DNA of 64,000 bases from positions 1 through 64,000 of the forward strand of contig NW_026781544.1 in NCBI RefSeq assembly GCF_030144855.1, written 5' to 3'. Made by a program: the position numbers and the translations under genes. This document shows, one piece after another, positions 24,801 to 38,654 of this stretch. Numbering within the stretch: position 1 is the first letter of the stretch; every line of letters starts with the position of its first letter. Below the pieces are notes generated by a model. It was not told the DNA's origin and ran no database searches. It was given only the letters and a program-made list of their open reading frames with translations. This DNA is from Hypanus sabinus. Its lineage: Eukaryota.

Positions 24801-26184
24801 GAGACGGAGAGTAAAAGGGTAATAACAAATCACTTTTCATGAGTTCATGAATCTTCATAAATCTGCTGGTGCGGTGTATGAAGCTGTTCCGGAATCGTTA
24901 AGTACGGGTCTTCGGTCTCCTCTACCTGCTGCCCGATTTTGGCAAGGAGACGAAGACATGACCCTGGTGGCGCGGGTTCTCAGTGCTGGTGGGCGCGACG
25001 CTCATCTCTCAACAATATCCAGACTATTGGGGATGATTGAGCCCCTGCTGAGGACGGCTTATTCTACAGCTCTCGCTGGGCTCTTGCTGGATGCACCGAA
25101 TGAGTTGATTCTGCAACCCTCTACAGCCCCTTGCCATCCTGTGATTTGGAGCCTCAAAACAAGCGGCGTTGACATTCTAGATCACATCAAACTCCTAACA
25201 TGGTAAAACCGCTGTCTCGTGTTGTTGCACTGTCCATCCCACCCACCCAGCTTCCACTCCCCCCTTGCGTTATCAGTTTATCAAGCATCGACCATTCATC
25301 CTTTCCGCTCGGATCACTTCATGCACACTGGATAAGTGGGCGGTGAGATTTGTTTGCTGACGTTTGCACACGTGACCGTTCTGTTAATCGTTGTTTGCAC
25401 ACGGTTGTTTGCCTTGTAAACTGCTGGTTGCTATTGTGTTGTCTGTAATGATCCTGCCCTGTGCTTTATGCTTGGCATTGAATCACAATCAATCCTGGAA
25501 TGTTTCACAGACGGGTAATAAACTGATTCAGATGTACTTGTGCACAACTGAACTTTGATCTTGACTCCAAATAAGAGTCTGAAAATTCTTAACGTCGCAC
25601 CATCCCCTCGTACTTTAATATGATTTATTTATCTAGAATTACATCGTGCAACTGGCCCTTCCGACCGAACGAGCCGGGTGGCCCGTCTAGCTTAACTACA
25701 GGACAATAGAATGACCAATCAACCTACCAAACGGTCCGCCTTCGGGAGGTGGGAGGAAACCAACGTGGTTCACGTGGAGAAAGTACAAAATCTCACAGAT
25801 GCCGTCTGAAATTCACCATGAACTCAGGACGAGCTGTAATGGTGTCGCGCTAACAGCTACTCTGCTGTTCTCTTATTAATTTCAAAGAGGGGATCTCCCG
25901 TACTAAATTGTTGTTTAATATCAAGTGAGTTTATTGCAAACCAGTAAGATGTGCAATTTGCTATAAATTGCCGCAGGGGTTATCGCTGAGATGATCCCCG
26001 TATGGATACGGAGTGCCCCCTGTTTCCACTGCAGCACCTGGACATCCGGTCTCCATCGATCCGATTCTGCGCACATTCCTCCAATCAGAGACATAGGAGT
26101 AAAACAGCCAATCACATGACGAGAGTCGTAATAAAGGGGCTGGTGGCGTATAGTCTGCCATCTTACTTGAAGATGAAACAACAA

Positions 26185-27538
26185 ATGTCGACTGAGCGAT
26201 TGATACTGCTAATCGCGACGGTGCTTTTCGTTCAGCGTAAGAATGTTTGCAAAGATTTAATTTGCTTATCGTTTGTTCGCTTCATTTAAGGAGTTCAGAT
26301 GCATGAATCAAGGGTCATTGTCCATGGCGAGAGACGTAGGACAGATGAAATTTAGTGTCCGTCCATATTGAGATTCAAAAGTGGCCATGGAAGCGAGAAG
26401 GATCTTTAGCAGTTGAAGTTGTAAAGGTAAATATCTGAAATTCAGAGTGCAAGGGTGCATTTTTTTTATTTATGTCGAGGCAACTTTTGAAATAGTGTGA
26501 CAATTCTTCTCGCCGCATTTGTAGGAATAATCCAATGTACTGTTGTAGTTTTTTAAATTTTGTTTTATTTATTTTTTTGTTTTTGTGAACGGATTCCCAA
26601 TATGTTGTCACGAAACTGGTTAGCTTTAATTAGATGTTAGACAAGCAGTGGATTCGGCGGTGGAAGGATAGTGATTGAGGTCTGTAAACTTATCAGGGCG
26701 GACAACCACAGTGACTGCGGAGATGTCAGAGGGCCGGAGTTTAAAGGGAGAGAGGGAATGTTAAAAGGAGATTTCCATGTCCACTTTTGTAATCACAGTG
26801 GGTGTTTGATGGTTACTTTGAAGAATTATTTAGATAGACCCGTGAATAGAGAGACAAGAAAGGGCCATGGAACACGTGCCGGCAGACTCGATTACGTAGA
26901 ATTTCATCAAGCTTTTTCTTGCTCTGCACTGTTCCATCTCGAGTGCACGGTGCGAATCTGGCGCAGGGAGAGATATGGAGACGGTAACTCTGCACCGTGC
27001 TCCTGACGTTTGGGACTGGGCCAGGCCGGGGTGGGGGAGGATACGCAGACTGGAACACTGCACACAGTTCATTCCAATTCTACGATGTCTTGTCTCTTTA
27101 TGTCTTCTTTGCCAAATTTACTACCCATCTTTCCGAACCCTGTGGATCCCTTTTCCCCACCGCGCCGAAACTGTCTCTCCAGACCCCACCGTCCAACACT
27201 GCCTGTTCACTGATACTTCTTTTCCCCGACATCCTTCCCCAGCGGCGAGCTCGCAGACCATCCGGCAGACTCCAGTGGCCTACAGCGGCTCTCCAGGAGA
27301 CACCGTGACACTGAGATGCACTCTGTCGGGCAGCGGTGCCTTTAGTATGTTCTGGTACCGGCAGCGGGCGGGAGAGCAGCTTCGGAACCTGTTTTATTCC
27401 GTGAGCCCGGGTTCGGTCACACCGCAGGAGGCTGTCGATGGATTCACCGCCGTGCGACCCGAGGAAACGCTGTTCCTCCTGAACCTCTCCGAGCTGCAAG
27501 TCAGTCACTCGGCCTTGCTTCTCTGCGCCTGGAGTACT
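26185..27538 (+). CDS. TRBV: V5: TCR beta V gene, CAWS family, open frame but YxC motif reads LLC (leader 26185-26236, V exon 27243-27538)
   Basis: Leader MSTERLILLIATVLFVQ + C|GTAAG (alternative in-frame ATG at 26173); ccccag acceptor; exon ASSQTIRQTP...RCTLSG...FWYRQ...DGFTAVRP...SALLLCAWST. Confidence 0.85.
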
Positions 27539-27577
27539 CACAGCGGCGCCGACAGATCCAGGAGCGCTACAAAAACC
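27539..27577 (+). other. 23-RSS of V5 (CACAGCG-23-ACAAAAACC)
   Basis: Read directly; 23-nt spacer. Confidence 0.95.
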
Positions 27578-30469
27578 CATCAGAAGCGAGAGTCAGGGGA
27601 GCGGAAGCCAGCTGGAGGGCTGTAAGATTATTCGCAACATGGAGAAGTGAAACTTAATTTCGAGAAGCAACATCCCGTGGCTGAGTTTCTTGCCATCCGC
27701 CCAAAACCGTCTCTGCACATGCGCAGTGAAAAAGAAACTTCCAGCTGCATCAGAGACACAAGACTCACCAGAAAGAAAAGTCAATTAAACTGTAATTATA
27801 CACAATCCATGCAGTTCACCACACATTTGAAAAAAAACGAAAAAATACGGAGTCCATTGCTTGACAAATTGTTCCATTCGTGCCGGTCTGTTTGCAGAAT
27901 GGTTGAAGGGAAGTCATTGTTCCTGACCCTAATCCTGTGAGGACTTTCACCTTCCCTACTTCCTGTCCGATGGGGACTGCGAGAGGATGGCGTGGTGCAG
28001 ACGGTGTGGGGACCTGCTGTGCGTGCTAATTGCAAACCAGAAGCAAATTCAACGGGGGACGCCTCCGCACGTTTGCCAGGGTTCTGAGAAAGTAAAATGG
28101 CTGACGCGGATTCGTGGCTATTCCCTCACTGGCGAGAGACTGTCTGGACCCAAGTGCTGGAGGATCCGAGGCTTGAATCACGAGGTGTGACTGAAACGAG
28201 AACAGACAACTAAACAAGAGGTTGGACGACAAAACAAGCTGTGGTGACGATTGGTTCCCAGATATCTTGAAGTTGAGAAAGACGTTGGAGAGCCCTAATT
28301 TACAGTTTTCTGTACCGACTCCTTTATATACCTGCGGAACGACCTATGCGCGTTTGAAAGTAAAATATACAAGAACGTCGCCGGGACTCCAGGACCCCAG
28401 TTATAAGGAAAGATTGAATAGGTTTGGAGTTTATTGCTTGGAATGCAGAAAGCTGAGGGGGGATTTGATAGAGGGATACACAATTATGAGGATGAGGAGA
28501 AGTAGTAATAATAGTCGTAGCCGCAGATCCCAGGGGATCACTGGTTCGCTTCTCTGGCGAACTGCATCCACTCCAGGGCGCAAACCTCGGCGGGAGGATT
28601 TGAAGAACCGGCTGTTGTCCATGCAGCGGCTTCTTCACGTCTCTGATGTAGTAACAGGGAAGGGCAAGCGCCGCTACAGCTTGACAGCAGTTGTCGTCGT
28701 ACAGGTTGCCAGAGTCAAGCTGCAAACAACATCAAGCTTCCTTAGGGACGCCGGCTCCGGATTTCTTCCTCGGGGCTTACCCCCGAAGCCGTTCCCATGG
28801 GTGCGCATGGCCGGAAGGCAGCGGAGGTGTAAAATCAGAGTGTTCCTTCTCCTCGGCGGGCTCCGGTCCAAGACTCACGAGCGCCACCTGGCCGTGTATG
28901 ACGGATATAGCTAGAGTAAATGCAAGCAGGCCTTTACACAGAGGCTGGATGGGGCAACGTGAGGAACTGCGCAAAGGGTGAGAGTCGAAATGCTTAAGCG
29001 GAGCATGAGAGGAAGCGTCTTCAGTCAGGGAATGATGAAGGACCAGCGCACAAATGGAGCATGAGATTCCGATATCAACGTTTCAGAGAAGGTGCTTTTG
29101 GTACATGTGTGGCAGAGCTATGGAGGGCATCTGATCCGGGGATTGGGCAATGATATTAGGCATGTTACATAGTTCGGCACAGCTATGTAGTCCGAAGCGT
29201 TTGTTTCTGAGCCCTACCTTTCTTTGACTCGAATCTCAATTCAGAGGGCCAGTTCATGTGTTGTGGTGTTCCACCTTCTACCTGCTCTGATCTGCTGAGA
29301 TCACCACCCGCTTGCAACATTCCAGTCTCCTCTGCCTCACAGATCAACAGAGTTTGTAGTAGAAACTTAGAACGAAATAATTAGTTTTAGAAATCAATTG
29401 TAATCGAATAAACTTGTGTTTGGTGAGTGTTTCCTCCACGGCGACTGTAGAGAGCGCTCTAGGTCCACGGACCAGCTTTGAAAGGGTTCCCCCAAAACTG
29501 ATAGAGAGACCGGATGTTAATTACCACCTCCAGCTGAGGCAGTTCCTGTTCAGCTTTCAGATTCTGATCCGTTACCGGCGAAATGAACAAAATTAACTGC
29601 AGAAATCCCTATTTTAGCTCCGGGTACAAAGTCCGAAATGGTAGCTGTTTTACCTCAGGTAGATGGAGGAGAGCTGTGTTATTGTTACGCTGGGTTAACT
29701 GCTCCCGCAACATCTTAGGTTCCTGCCCGGTCGAAAAGTCCTACAAGACCGTGGTGCCAACAGTATAGACGATAATTAACTACCAGTGCTCAAACATAAT
29801 AAAAATCGTTAGCTTGCGTGCCATGCAGGCACATCAGCCCATGTATAACCATATCCGTGGATGTATCATGGCCTGTTAAAACACGGCTCAGCACATCAGG
29901 AGATATAGCCTGCCCTCCACAGACTCTACCTATACATCCCACTGCCACGGTAAAGCAGCCGGCACATTCTAGTTTCCATTCAGCCCAATATTTCCTACCA
30001 CCCCCTTCCGTCGGGAAGAAAACACAAATGCTTCAGTCCGCACCACTTGCTCAAGGACAGCGTACTCACTGCTGTACTAAGACGAAGAACGCATACAGAA
30101 TTGACCTACCACTCAAACTGGGTAGGATCTTGCAAGTTATTCTCGACCTGCAATCCAGTTGTTTATTATCATGTATCATGTTACGACCTCAATGCTTTGA
30201 TCTGCATGAACGATATGCAAGTCAAGTGAATTGCCAAATGCTCTCTTCTAAGCCAGACCCCCTCCCTGCCCTGCACCTGCCATCCACAACTCCTGATCCC
30301 AACTCCGAACGTCCCGATGGGAAACAACAGCCACACCTTCCACCAAATCCCCAGTTCACCAAAACTACTGAGCAGGTGAGAAGGTCTCTGGGGAGACTCG
30401 GACAGGGCAAAGCATTGTGTTCTCAAGTTGTGATCTCCCAAGTTCCTGGGGGAACCTGCTCAGTGGCTG

Positions 30470-30790
30470 TGTGGAGTTTCCCATCGCATTTCCAACTGGA
30501 TTCTCAGGGTTGAAAGCGTGGAAACATCATGCGTGTCACAGTAGCCAACAACGGCCAACTTAAAGTCTCGAATGACTACCGTCCAGTGGCCGTGAACTGT
30601 CATATCATGAAGACTCTGTCGAGGCTGATCCTGTCTCACCTCCGACCGTGGCCAGATCAGCCATCGACCCCCTGCAGCTTGCCAGCCAAGAACGGATCCG
30701 TGTTGAGGAGACTGTCGTGATCTGCACAACAGAGACTACTGCCTCTTGGACAATCAGGGCAGCAATGTGAGGATCATGTTTTTTTTTATT
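30470..30790 (+). mobile_element. Rex1-like RT fragment
   Basis: KVSNDYRPVAVNCHIMKTLSRLIL. Confidence 0.75.
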
Positions 30791-31176
30791 TGTTTACACA
30801 AGTGCTTTCGATACCCGGTGGGAAGCCAGGCGTTCACCAGGAGAGCCGATAAACTCCTTTACAGCCAGCGGCGGGATTTGAACCCGGGTCGCTGGCGGTG
30901 AACGCTGAAAATATTGCAATGAAAATTTCTATTAACTAACGATAGTCAAACTTACAGTGTACTGGATTACTACAGAACAAAAACAGAAAAGCGATTGACA
31001 AATCGTTAATACTGTATTCATCCGCCAATAAAGAGTCGAATTGTAAGTGGAGGGTGGGTCTTTCTTCTAAAATGGGCGTGGCATCTCTTCCTGGCTCTCT
31101 CTGCCTTTACAAATGTGATAAATGGCAGCTGAGCACAAGACTCGCTCATTATCAGAAGGAACGTTTCTGAACAGGG

Positions 31177-32004
31177 ATGTTTGTGTTCCTCGGACTTATG
31201 ATCTGGGCCCACGGTAAGCAATTTCCTGCCCCTACAAACTCGATAAATACTTTTGTTCTCATTTTTCCCCCTTTTCTTCTTTATATCCTGATCCACTTCT
31301 CGCCCGTCTGAGTTCATCTTCTAAGTTCTTTCTAAATTAATTATCCTCCTTTTACAATCCGTCCATCTTTCTTCTGCTACAGACTGCGTGCCTCAGGTTC
31401 ACTCTTCCTGCCCAATTCTCGATCTCTTCCTCTCTTCCTCCTTGCAGTCTTTGCACCTATATTTTCGTTCATAGACTGTTTTCCCTCTTTCTCAAAGTTT
31501 CGTTTTAATTCCCTCTATTTTTCTTTATTTCCCAGACTGCTTTTCCATTTCTTTCTAATGATCCACTGTTTTTAATCATTAGCGAACATTTCCTTTCCTC
31601 TTACGTTTCCAGAGCTACACTGATCCCCTGCACAACCAACCTCACCCGCACCCCCAGATCTCCACCAGTATCATTAACCGTGCTCCTTTCCCCGTCTCTT
31701 TCCTAGAGGTCAGCTCGCAGACGATCGCCCAGATACCGGCCGTGCTCTCCAGATCCCCCGGCGGGAACGTGACGATGACGTGCACGGTGAAAGGCACGAG
31801 TGCTGACCTCGCATGTTCTGGTACAGACAGCTCCCGGGGAAAGAGCAGGAAAACCTGTTTTATTCCACTGCTCCCGGCGCTGTCAATTCCGACGAGCCAG
31901 TGGACGGTTTCACCGCCAAGAGGCCGGACGGAAAGACCTTCACTCTGAGGAACTCCAACCTAGAATTGAAGAACTCGGCCGTATACTTCTGCGCTTGGAG
32001 TCTA
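31177..32004 (+). pseudogene. TRBV: V6: TRBV pseudogene, CAWS family, 1-nt frameshift in CDR1 (leader 31177-31213, V exon 31707-32004)
   Basis: Leader MFVFLGLMIWAH + G|GTAAG; the exon splits across two frames (ORFs 31742.. and 31813..) at about 31810; exon is 298 nt versus 299 in-frame. Confidence 0.88.
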
Positions 32005-32043
32005 CACAGTGGCTCAGAGAGAGGGGGACTCCCAACAAAAACC
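32005..32043 (+). other. 23-RSS of V6 (CACAGTG-23-ACAAAAACC)
   Basis: Perfect consensus; 23-nt spacer. Confidence 0.96.
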
Positions 32044-33879
32044 TGTTGACAACGCCGGGGAGCGGCTGGTGGTGGAAGGTAGAATTGCAGCTCGCTTAAC
32101 CGACAAAAAACAAAGAGAAAGTGGAGTTTAAAGTCACATGCAACAGTACTTACACTCAGTAGCCACACTAAGATGTTCACCTTCCCACCCGCACATTAAG
32201 ACAAATATCTAATTAGCTAGATTTCAAAAGCCCGTTTGATCGGACCTGCGGACCACTCAATGGCCATCGTCTTTTTAGAGTGGGGTAGAATCTGCCCTTG
32301 AGCCAGGTGGCATGGGGTATATGTTCATATGTTCTTAATCAGTAAGGGCGTCAAAGTTTACGGAGTGAAGACAGAAGGTGGGACCTGTACCAGAGTGACG
32401 GATAACACCTGAACTACACAGGGATTAGCATCCTTGCAGTGACGTTTGTTAGTGCTATGGAGAGTGGTTTAAACTAGAATTACATGGGGGATGGGAACCC
32501 GAACAATGCATAGTCTTCTCACGTTCCAAAGCCTTCCAGTTTCTTCTTTCAAATCGGCATATTTCTGCTGCTTTTCCATGTACTGAGTTCTGTATGTTTT
32601 GTGTGATAAAAGGAAAACTTTTTGTTGGAAGGTTGAAGAACATCTGCCAATCAGATTTCAACAGTGACCATAAAACAAAAGTAATTCGATGATCCGATAT
32701 TAATAATTTAATACCTCGAAAACGCACGAAGAAAAATTGAAAATCAAAACTGGGGCACTCGAGCTAGCTTTTGTTATTTAAAGTGAGCCTAGTACTGAAG
32801 GGGCATTTAGAATCTATACAACATACAGGTAAAACGGATGAGGTCATACCTTCATCATCGAAAATGGGTTTCAACGCTCCACGCGAGCGCATGTTATTGT
32901 AATATGAAGTACACACCACTAAACATAAATACGATCATGACAGAGAGAAAGGAAGATATTAACCATTGAAAGAGTATGACGCTCCATTGAAAACATCCCT
33001 AGGTTTACCTGTCTGAGAATGATCATGCTGATAATTATTAACCTTTGTATTATTATTGTAAGGTGTCCTTGCAGCGAGAATAAAACAATTGCAATCTGCA
33101 ACCACGGAGCATATGATCCCTATTTTATCAACAGACGGTGCCCTTCGAACATGAAACCGTTAGGTGAAAAACAGTAAATGTTTCCTTTCAGTCAATAAAG
33201 CGAAACAAGGTCAGTTTTCTTCCTTACAAACTCATATGCACCGCACTCAAAATGCTGCAGGATTCAGCATCTGAGGCAGGGTATGTGCGATATTTCATCA
33301 GGACTGGAGAGAAAGAGTGAGGAAGACAGAACCAGAAGGTTGGGGAAGGAAGTGACAACAACCTCGAATTTGAATGGTACAACCACGTGAGTGGAAGGGA
33401 TGTGGGTGGGGGAAGCGGTGTAGTAGGATGCTGGGAGATGCAAAGTGGAAAGGTTAATGGCTTGAAGAATTGACCTGATAGGAGAATTGAACATCATTTA
33501 AACGGAAGGAGGACGGACACCAGAGGGAGTTGATAGGAAGGCAAGGTGAAGAGAACAGGTGTGACAAAGCTAGAAAGGGTTAATAAAAGAACCAAGAAGG
33601 GGAATGGGGGAAGGCAAGTACTGGAGGTTTAAGAAATCGTTCTCCGTACAGTCTGGTGAGATGCGAGACAGGCGGAAAATGGGGAGATGCTCGCCCACAA
33701 AATGGCTGAATGACCTTATAACGGCAACAGACGATGCTAAGGACTGACATACCGGAATGGGAAGAGGCATTGGATTTAATATTAGGCTTCCTCGCTATTG
33801 TGTTATACTTTGATGACGTGGTACCCCTTAAACGCTATCTCAATTCCTGACACTGAATGCTCATGGACGTTCGATACGG

Positions 33880-34620
33880 CATTCATCCTTTCACGTTCAG
33901 TTGGGCGGATGCAGACGATCGTGGCCGCAACTGGTGAGGGAAAGGCGCTTTGGGCGTAGATGCGACTCTCTAGGAAGAGCGAACGTTTGGAAACCCGGGG
34001 TCTGTAGTTCCTGGAGGGAAGGAGGATGAGGAATGTCTTGAAGAAGCGTTATAAAATCATGAGGGGCATAGAAAGTGAGATCATAGCAGCATTTTCCCAA
34101 GGACAGTAGGCAATAGGTGCAGGATTAGGCGATTCATCTTTTCAAGCCTGCACCGCCATTCTCTGTGATTATGGCTGATCATCTACAATCAGTACCCCGT
34201 TCCTGCCTTCTCCCCATATCGCTTGACTCCGCTATATTCAAGTGTATCTGACTCTTTCTTGAGAGCATCCAGAGACTTGACCTCCAATGCCTTCTGAGAC
34301 AGTGCATTCCATAGATCCACAACTCTCTGGGTGAAAACGTTTTTTCCTCAACTCCGTTCTAAATGGCCTGCCCTTTATTCTTCAACTGTGGCCTCTGGTT
34401 CTGGACTCCCCCAACATCGGGAACATGTTACCGGGCTCTAGCTTGTCTAACAGTCAGGTTTCAATCAGATCCGCTCTCATCCTTCTAAATTCCAGTGTTT
34501 ACAAGCCCATTCGCTCCAATCTTTCAACATATGACAGCCCCACCGTCCCAGGAATTAACCTTCTGAAGATACGCAGCACTCCCTCAATAGCAAGAATACC
34601 CTTCCTCAAATTTGGAGATC
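33880..34620. mobile_element. CR1 fragments (+ at about 33880-34120, - at about 34125-34620)
   Basis: ataaaatcatgaggggcataga; reverse CR1 tail with tctgagggaag/gtgaatctatggaatgc homology. Confidence 0.7.
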
Positions 34621-35080
34621 AAATCCTACGAATCTGAAATATGTAGGTCTGGTTTTAAGGTGAGAAGTGCAGAGATGTTAAAAGGGGCCTTTAAATTATT
34701 CTCTTTCTACAAAGAGTGCCGGAATAATTGGGCGGGGCATATTAGTTACAGGCACCGTAAAGACATCCAGACCGGTCTGCGGAATGGAAAGTTTTCATCA
34801 GAAAAATGCGCGAATCACTGGGCTATGCGACAACCTTCGATAGGAAATCTGATCAGCAGAGCAGAATGTGGCCGAAGGTCTCTCTCCGCACTCTCTGATA
34901 CACGACTCCTGGCAATTACCTTTTGTATCCAAAGCAGACAATTAGTCCTCCATGACGTAAGCAGACGATCAATCTACAATTGCCACGCACGGTCAGGTGT
35001 CATTTCCGGTGGTAACTTCCACTGACAAGTGACAAGGTGAAAAAGAGAAGAGGGCGTTTCAACAGCGTTTCAGAAGGGTA

Positions 35081-35601
35081 AAGTATTTCCCCGCTGACGT
35101 CACCCTCGCCTTTCTCACTTTATCCCTGACTCTCTTGGACCATGCTGAGTTTTATTTTCGTGAAATTTTCTTAGAGCGGTTCGAATCAGCTGATACTACC
35201 ACGGACTCAAAGATGATCCCATATCGTTTCTTTTATAAAACGCGCAATATTATGCCGTTATCAGCCTCCTGACTGTGAATTATTTTCTCTTGCATACTAA
35301 TCCAGTACTGGCAGGTGCACCGACAGTAGTCCAGTTCCCTACCGCGGCGACTATTCGGCCGGGAGACCATCTCAATTTTGAGTGCCGATTGGAGGGATGC
35401 GGCATGAGCAGCTAAAATATGTACCGGTACCGGCAAGTGGGAAGGAGTCTGGGGTAGTTCTGCAGCGAGTTCGGCACCTGCGCCCCAACTTTTGAACTGC
35501 GGTTCGTCAATAAACTTGAAGTGCAAAGAACCGCTTCACTCGGCAACTCAACGGCAGCGAGGAGACGGACTCGGCTACCTACTGCTGCACAGCGAGTCCC
35601 G
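35081..35601 (+). pseudogene. TRBV: V7: TRBV pseudogene, paralog of V3 in opposite orientation
   Basis: Start ATG->AAG (35081); donor GT->CT (35145); in-frame TAA and TAG; Trp41->Arg; 1-nt deletion near 35525; otherwise collinear with V3 (PTVVQ, FECRLEG, YRQVG, CSEFGTC, DSATYCC). Confidence 0.9.
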
Positions 35602-35640
35602 CCCGGCGGGACACGTCTACGGCCGCCTCAGACAAAATGC
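35602..35640 (+). other. Degenerate 23-RSS of V7 (CCCGGCG-23-ACAAAATGC)
   Basis: Position and 21/23 spacer identity match the V3 RSS; the CAC core is broken. Confidence 0.8.
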
Positions 35641-36744
35641 TCCTCGTGATTAGGCCCATCGTAGCCGTGCAATCCACTTTCTCTACTCACCCCGCAGGTG
35701 CAGCCAAAACGCATTTACCTGAAAAGCTGCCAGGGGAAAGCAGTATCCATTATCAATTCCCTCCGCCGTCGAGGCCACGTTCTCAACTCGCTACTACAGT
35801 AGGGCAGTAGCTTCAAGAAACGTTGGTTTCACAACGGCACGCTCGTCCGGAGTCACTTTCCAGGATTGTGAAACTCATTCCTGTTGATTGATGGATTGTC
35901 GGTACATTGTACATTGATTTTCATTTATTCTATTTCTTGCTTCGTTGTGAATGCCGGGTAGAAACTGAAGGCCCGGTAGTACAGAGAGCCATTTCCGTCA
36001 TTTTTTATGAACTTACTTTGAAATTTGGATTTAAGCGCCCGAGGCGATGTTCCCCTTCACCCTTTCCCGCAATGTGTTATTTTTTTTCATTCTGTCGTAT
36101 TTCCAGTTTGTCAGCCAGACAAACAATTATGATTGCTGAAACCGTGAAAGACCCCAAAAGCCGTTCCTTCGACGATGATGCGCCGACTCTTTAACCCATC
36201 CCATGTTAAACCTTCTCTCTTACATGGGCACACAGTCAAAATTTCAAACAACTAATCGGGGCTAATTGGGCAGAAAATTTCACACATTCGCCAGACTGTG
36301 GGAAAAGCAGTTCATCATCATTGTTACCCTAAGTCTGCTCACACGACCCAGGCTGGATTAAAGGTCACAGCATCTCAATCCCGACTTCTCCGCTCAGCCA
36401 CCAACAGGAATTCCCTGGCCTGGAGTTGGGATATTCACCGCCTCCGCTCGCCATCGCCCGCCAGGCCGTGAATAGACAGGCTGGGACTCTGAGGAATGCT
36501 CTTACTTTGCTTTTTTTTTCTTCTTCTCTCTGTCTCCTCCTTCCTCTCTCTCCACCACTCTCTCCTCTCCCCCCTCCTCTCCCTCCCCTCTTTTCACTCT
36601 CTTCGCTCTTCTTCCTCCGCTTTCCTCTTTCCCCTCTCTCCCCATCTCGCCCACTCTCTCCCCCATTGCTCTTCCCCTCCTGACCCGCCCTTCACCCCTC
36701 ACCCACCGCTCACCCTCTGTCTTCCAACCTCTACTATTCCCCAT

Positions 36745-36748
<4 letters not shown>

Positions 36749-36805
<57 letters not shown>
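36749..36805. repeat. (CT)n microsatellite in a pyrimidine-rich tract
   Basis: Read directly. Confidence 0.9.
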
Positions 36806-36810
<5 letters not shown>

Positions 36811-38654
36811 ACCTCCACCTCTCTCTCCCCATCGCCCTTTCTTTCTCTCCCAACTTTCAACTCTCTCTCAACCACCCTCTAATTTTCTGCCCCATCTGAG
36901 GGTTGAACGTAGTTAATGAGAACTTCAGGGAAAGGAACACATGGCGGCTGTCTGACCCTTCGATCCTGCTCCACCATTATGATCATGTCTGATCTCACGA
37001 TTGACTCATCTCCACCCGTGTGTCTTTTCCCCATAACCCTTAACTCCGCGACTATGTAAAAATCTATCCGCCCTTGTCTGAAATATGTCTCCTGAAGTAG
37101 CCTCCACTGCCTCATGGGGCAGAGAATTCCACAGCTGCTCTGCTCTCTGGGAAAAGGTTCCTTGGCTTTGGCCCGTCACAGGAAGACGGCGCTAAGAGTT
37201 TCCGAGTTAGGGTGCAAGGATTCAGCTTCCTGAGAGAGGTGACGACGGCGCAAAAAGAGACGATGACAGTGCAACGATGAGCGGGCATCTGCCGAAACAT
37301 TTTACACAGCATGCTTTCCAATTTTTGCTCGGCCTGAATTGGGGTATGGTCTTCACTCCTGGTAGAAATCGTGCAGGATAGACGAGATTAAGCTGGAGCG
37401 GCAGCAGACTGGATTCACAAAGATTAAAATTTACTAGGGCACCGGATTCATAAGGAAACATTCGATTGTGCGGGGACTGTCATTGCGTGAGCGAGGGATG
37501 TTTAAAGTAACCCTACATAAAACAAATTCCTGAACGAGCGTGGATGAGGGTATGTGCCAAGGGGCGGTAGAAAAATGCCATTAAAATTGGGGGGCCGTTC
37601 GCCAGTCAAGACAGTTGTCTAAGTTTATAGCAGTTTTCTTTCGAAAGGGCGAAAGAGGAGAAGTGAACAGCAATCAGGCGTTGGACTCCGGCCGGCATCT
37701 GCAAGCATCAAGACCATGATGCAAGCATCCCACCGGCATCAAGAGATCCTCTGGGTTTTCATCGAGTGCTCTCGTTTCCTCCTGTATGCAAAAGGCTTTC
37801 ATTTGGCGTTCGGGTTGGAAAGTTGTCCGAATGCTATGTTGGCGCCGCGGCGATTTAAACAAAGAACAGCAGGACACCAGGGGGTGCTGTAGAGCAGACG
37901 GATACCGGAATAAATGAATATAGTTCAGAGAAATTGGCGCCTCACAGGAAGATGACTGGCCGGACCTGAGGGTCGGCATGTTCCGCGAACTACTGGGATT
38001 CCACCGACATATCGGAGCGTGTGCAACTTCCCACACCTGAACTCTGAACACATTCTGCAAACTTCAGCCTCACTTTCAGGGACAGTGCAACGAAATTTCT
38101 TAGTGTAATTCATCTATTTGCTCGATTTTAAAAATAATTATTTCTGCATATTTGTTATTTGGTCACTCTTAGGTATTGAATGGTTATTCAGGACTGTATA
38201 CATTTTTCCCTGTAAACGCCTGCAAGTGAATGAATCTCAAGTTTGTCTATCGTGCCCTATAATTACTTTGATACTAAATTTATTTTGGCTGGGAGTTTGA
38301 CTTTACCGGGGCTTGTAAGCTGTCCGGGAGCAGAGATAAGATGCATCATCGTTATCTTCCGGGGGTAGGAGAGATTAACCCCAAATTACAGAAGTTCAAG
38401 TTGAGGGACACGTTTTTATGCTCAAATCAACTTAGACACGTGGAATGAGTTTCTGAAACGAGGAGTAGAGCAGAGTAAATTTAAAACATTCCGGCGGCTA
38501 CATAGATTGTCAAGCTTAATTGATGTACTGAGAAAACGGAGGCAGAGAGAATTAGAGTACACGGGAACCGGAGTACCATCACTCCAATCCAGCTTTTATA
38601 TTAATTCATCTTTCCCATGGACTTCTATTGTCATTCCCGCATTTCCTGATTCTA

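Noticed and set aside
28222-30513. Long ORFs in the track (28222..28914 and 29818..30513, about 230 aa each)
   Set aside because: Mosaics of decayed LINE fragments and low-complexity DNA with no coherent domain or splice structure.
36496-36900. ATGCTCTT leader-like start plus a CT-rich intron-like tract at the position where a mirror copy of V2 would be expected
   Set aside because: No GT donor, V exon or RSS; upstream similarity to V2 is too weak to call by eye.
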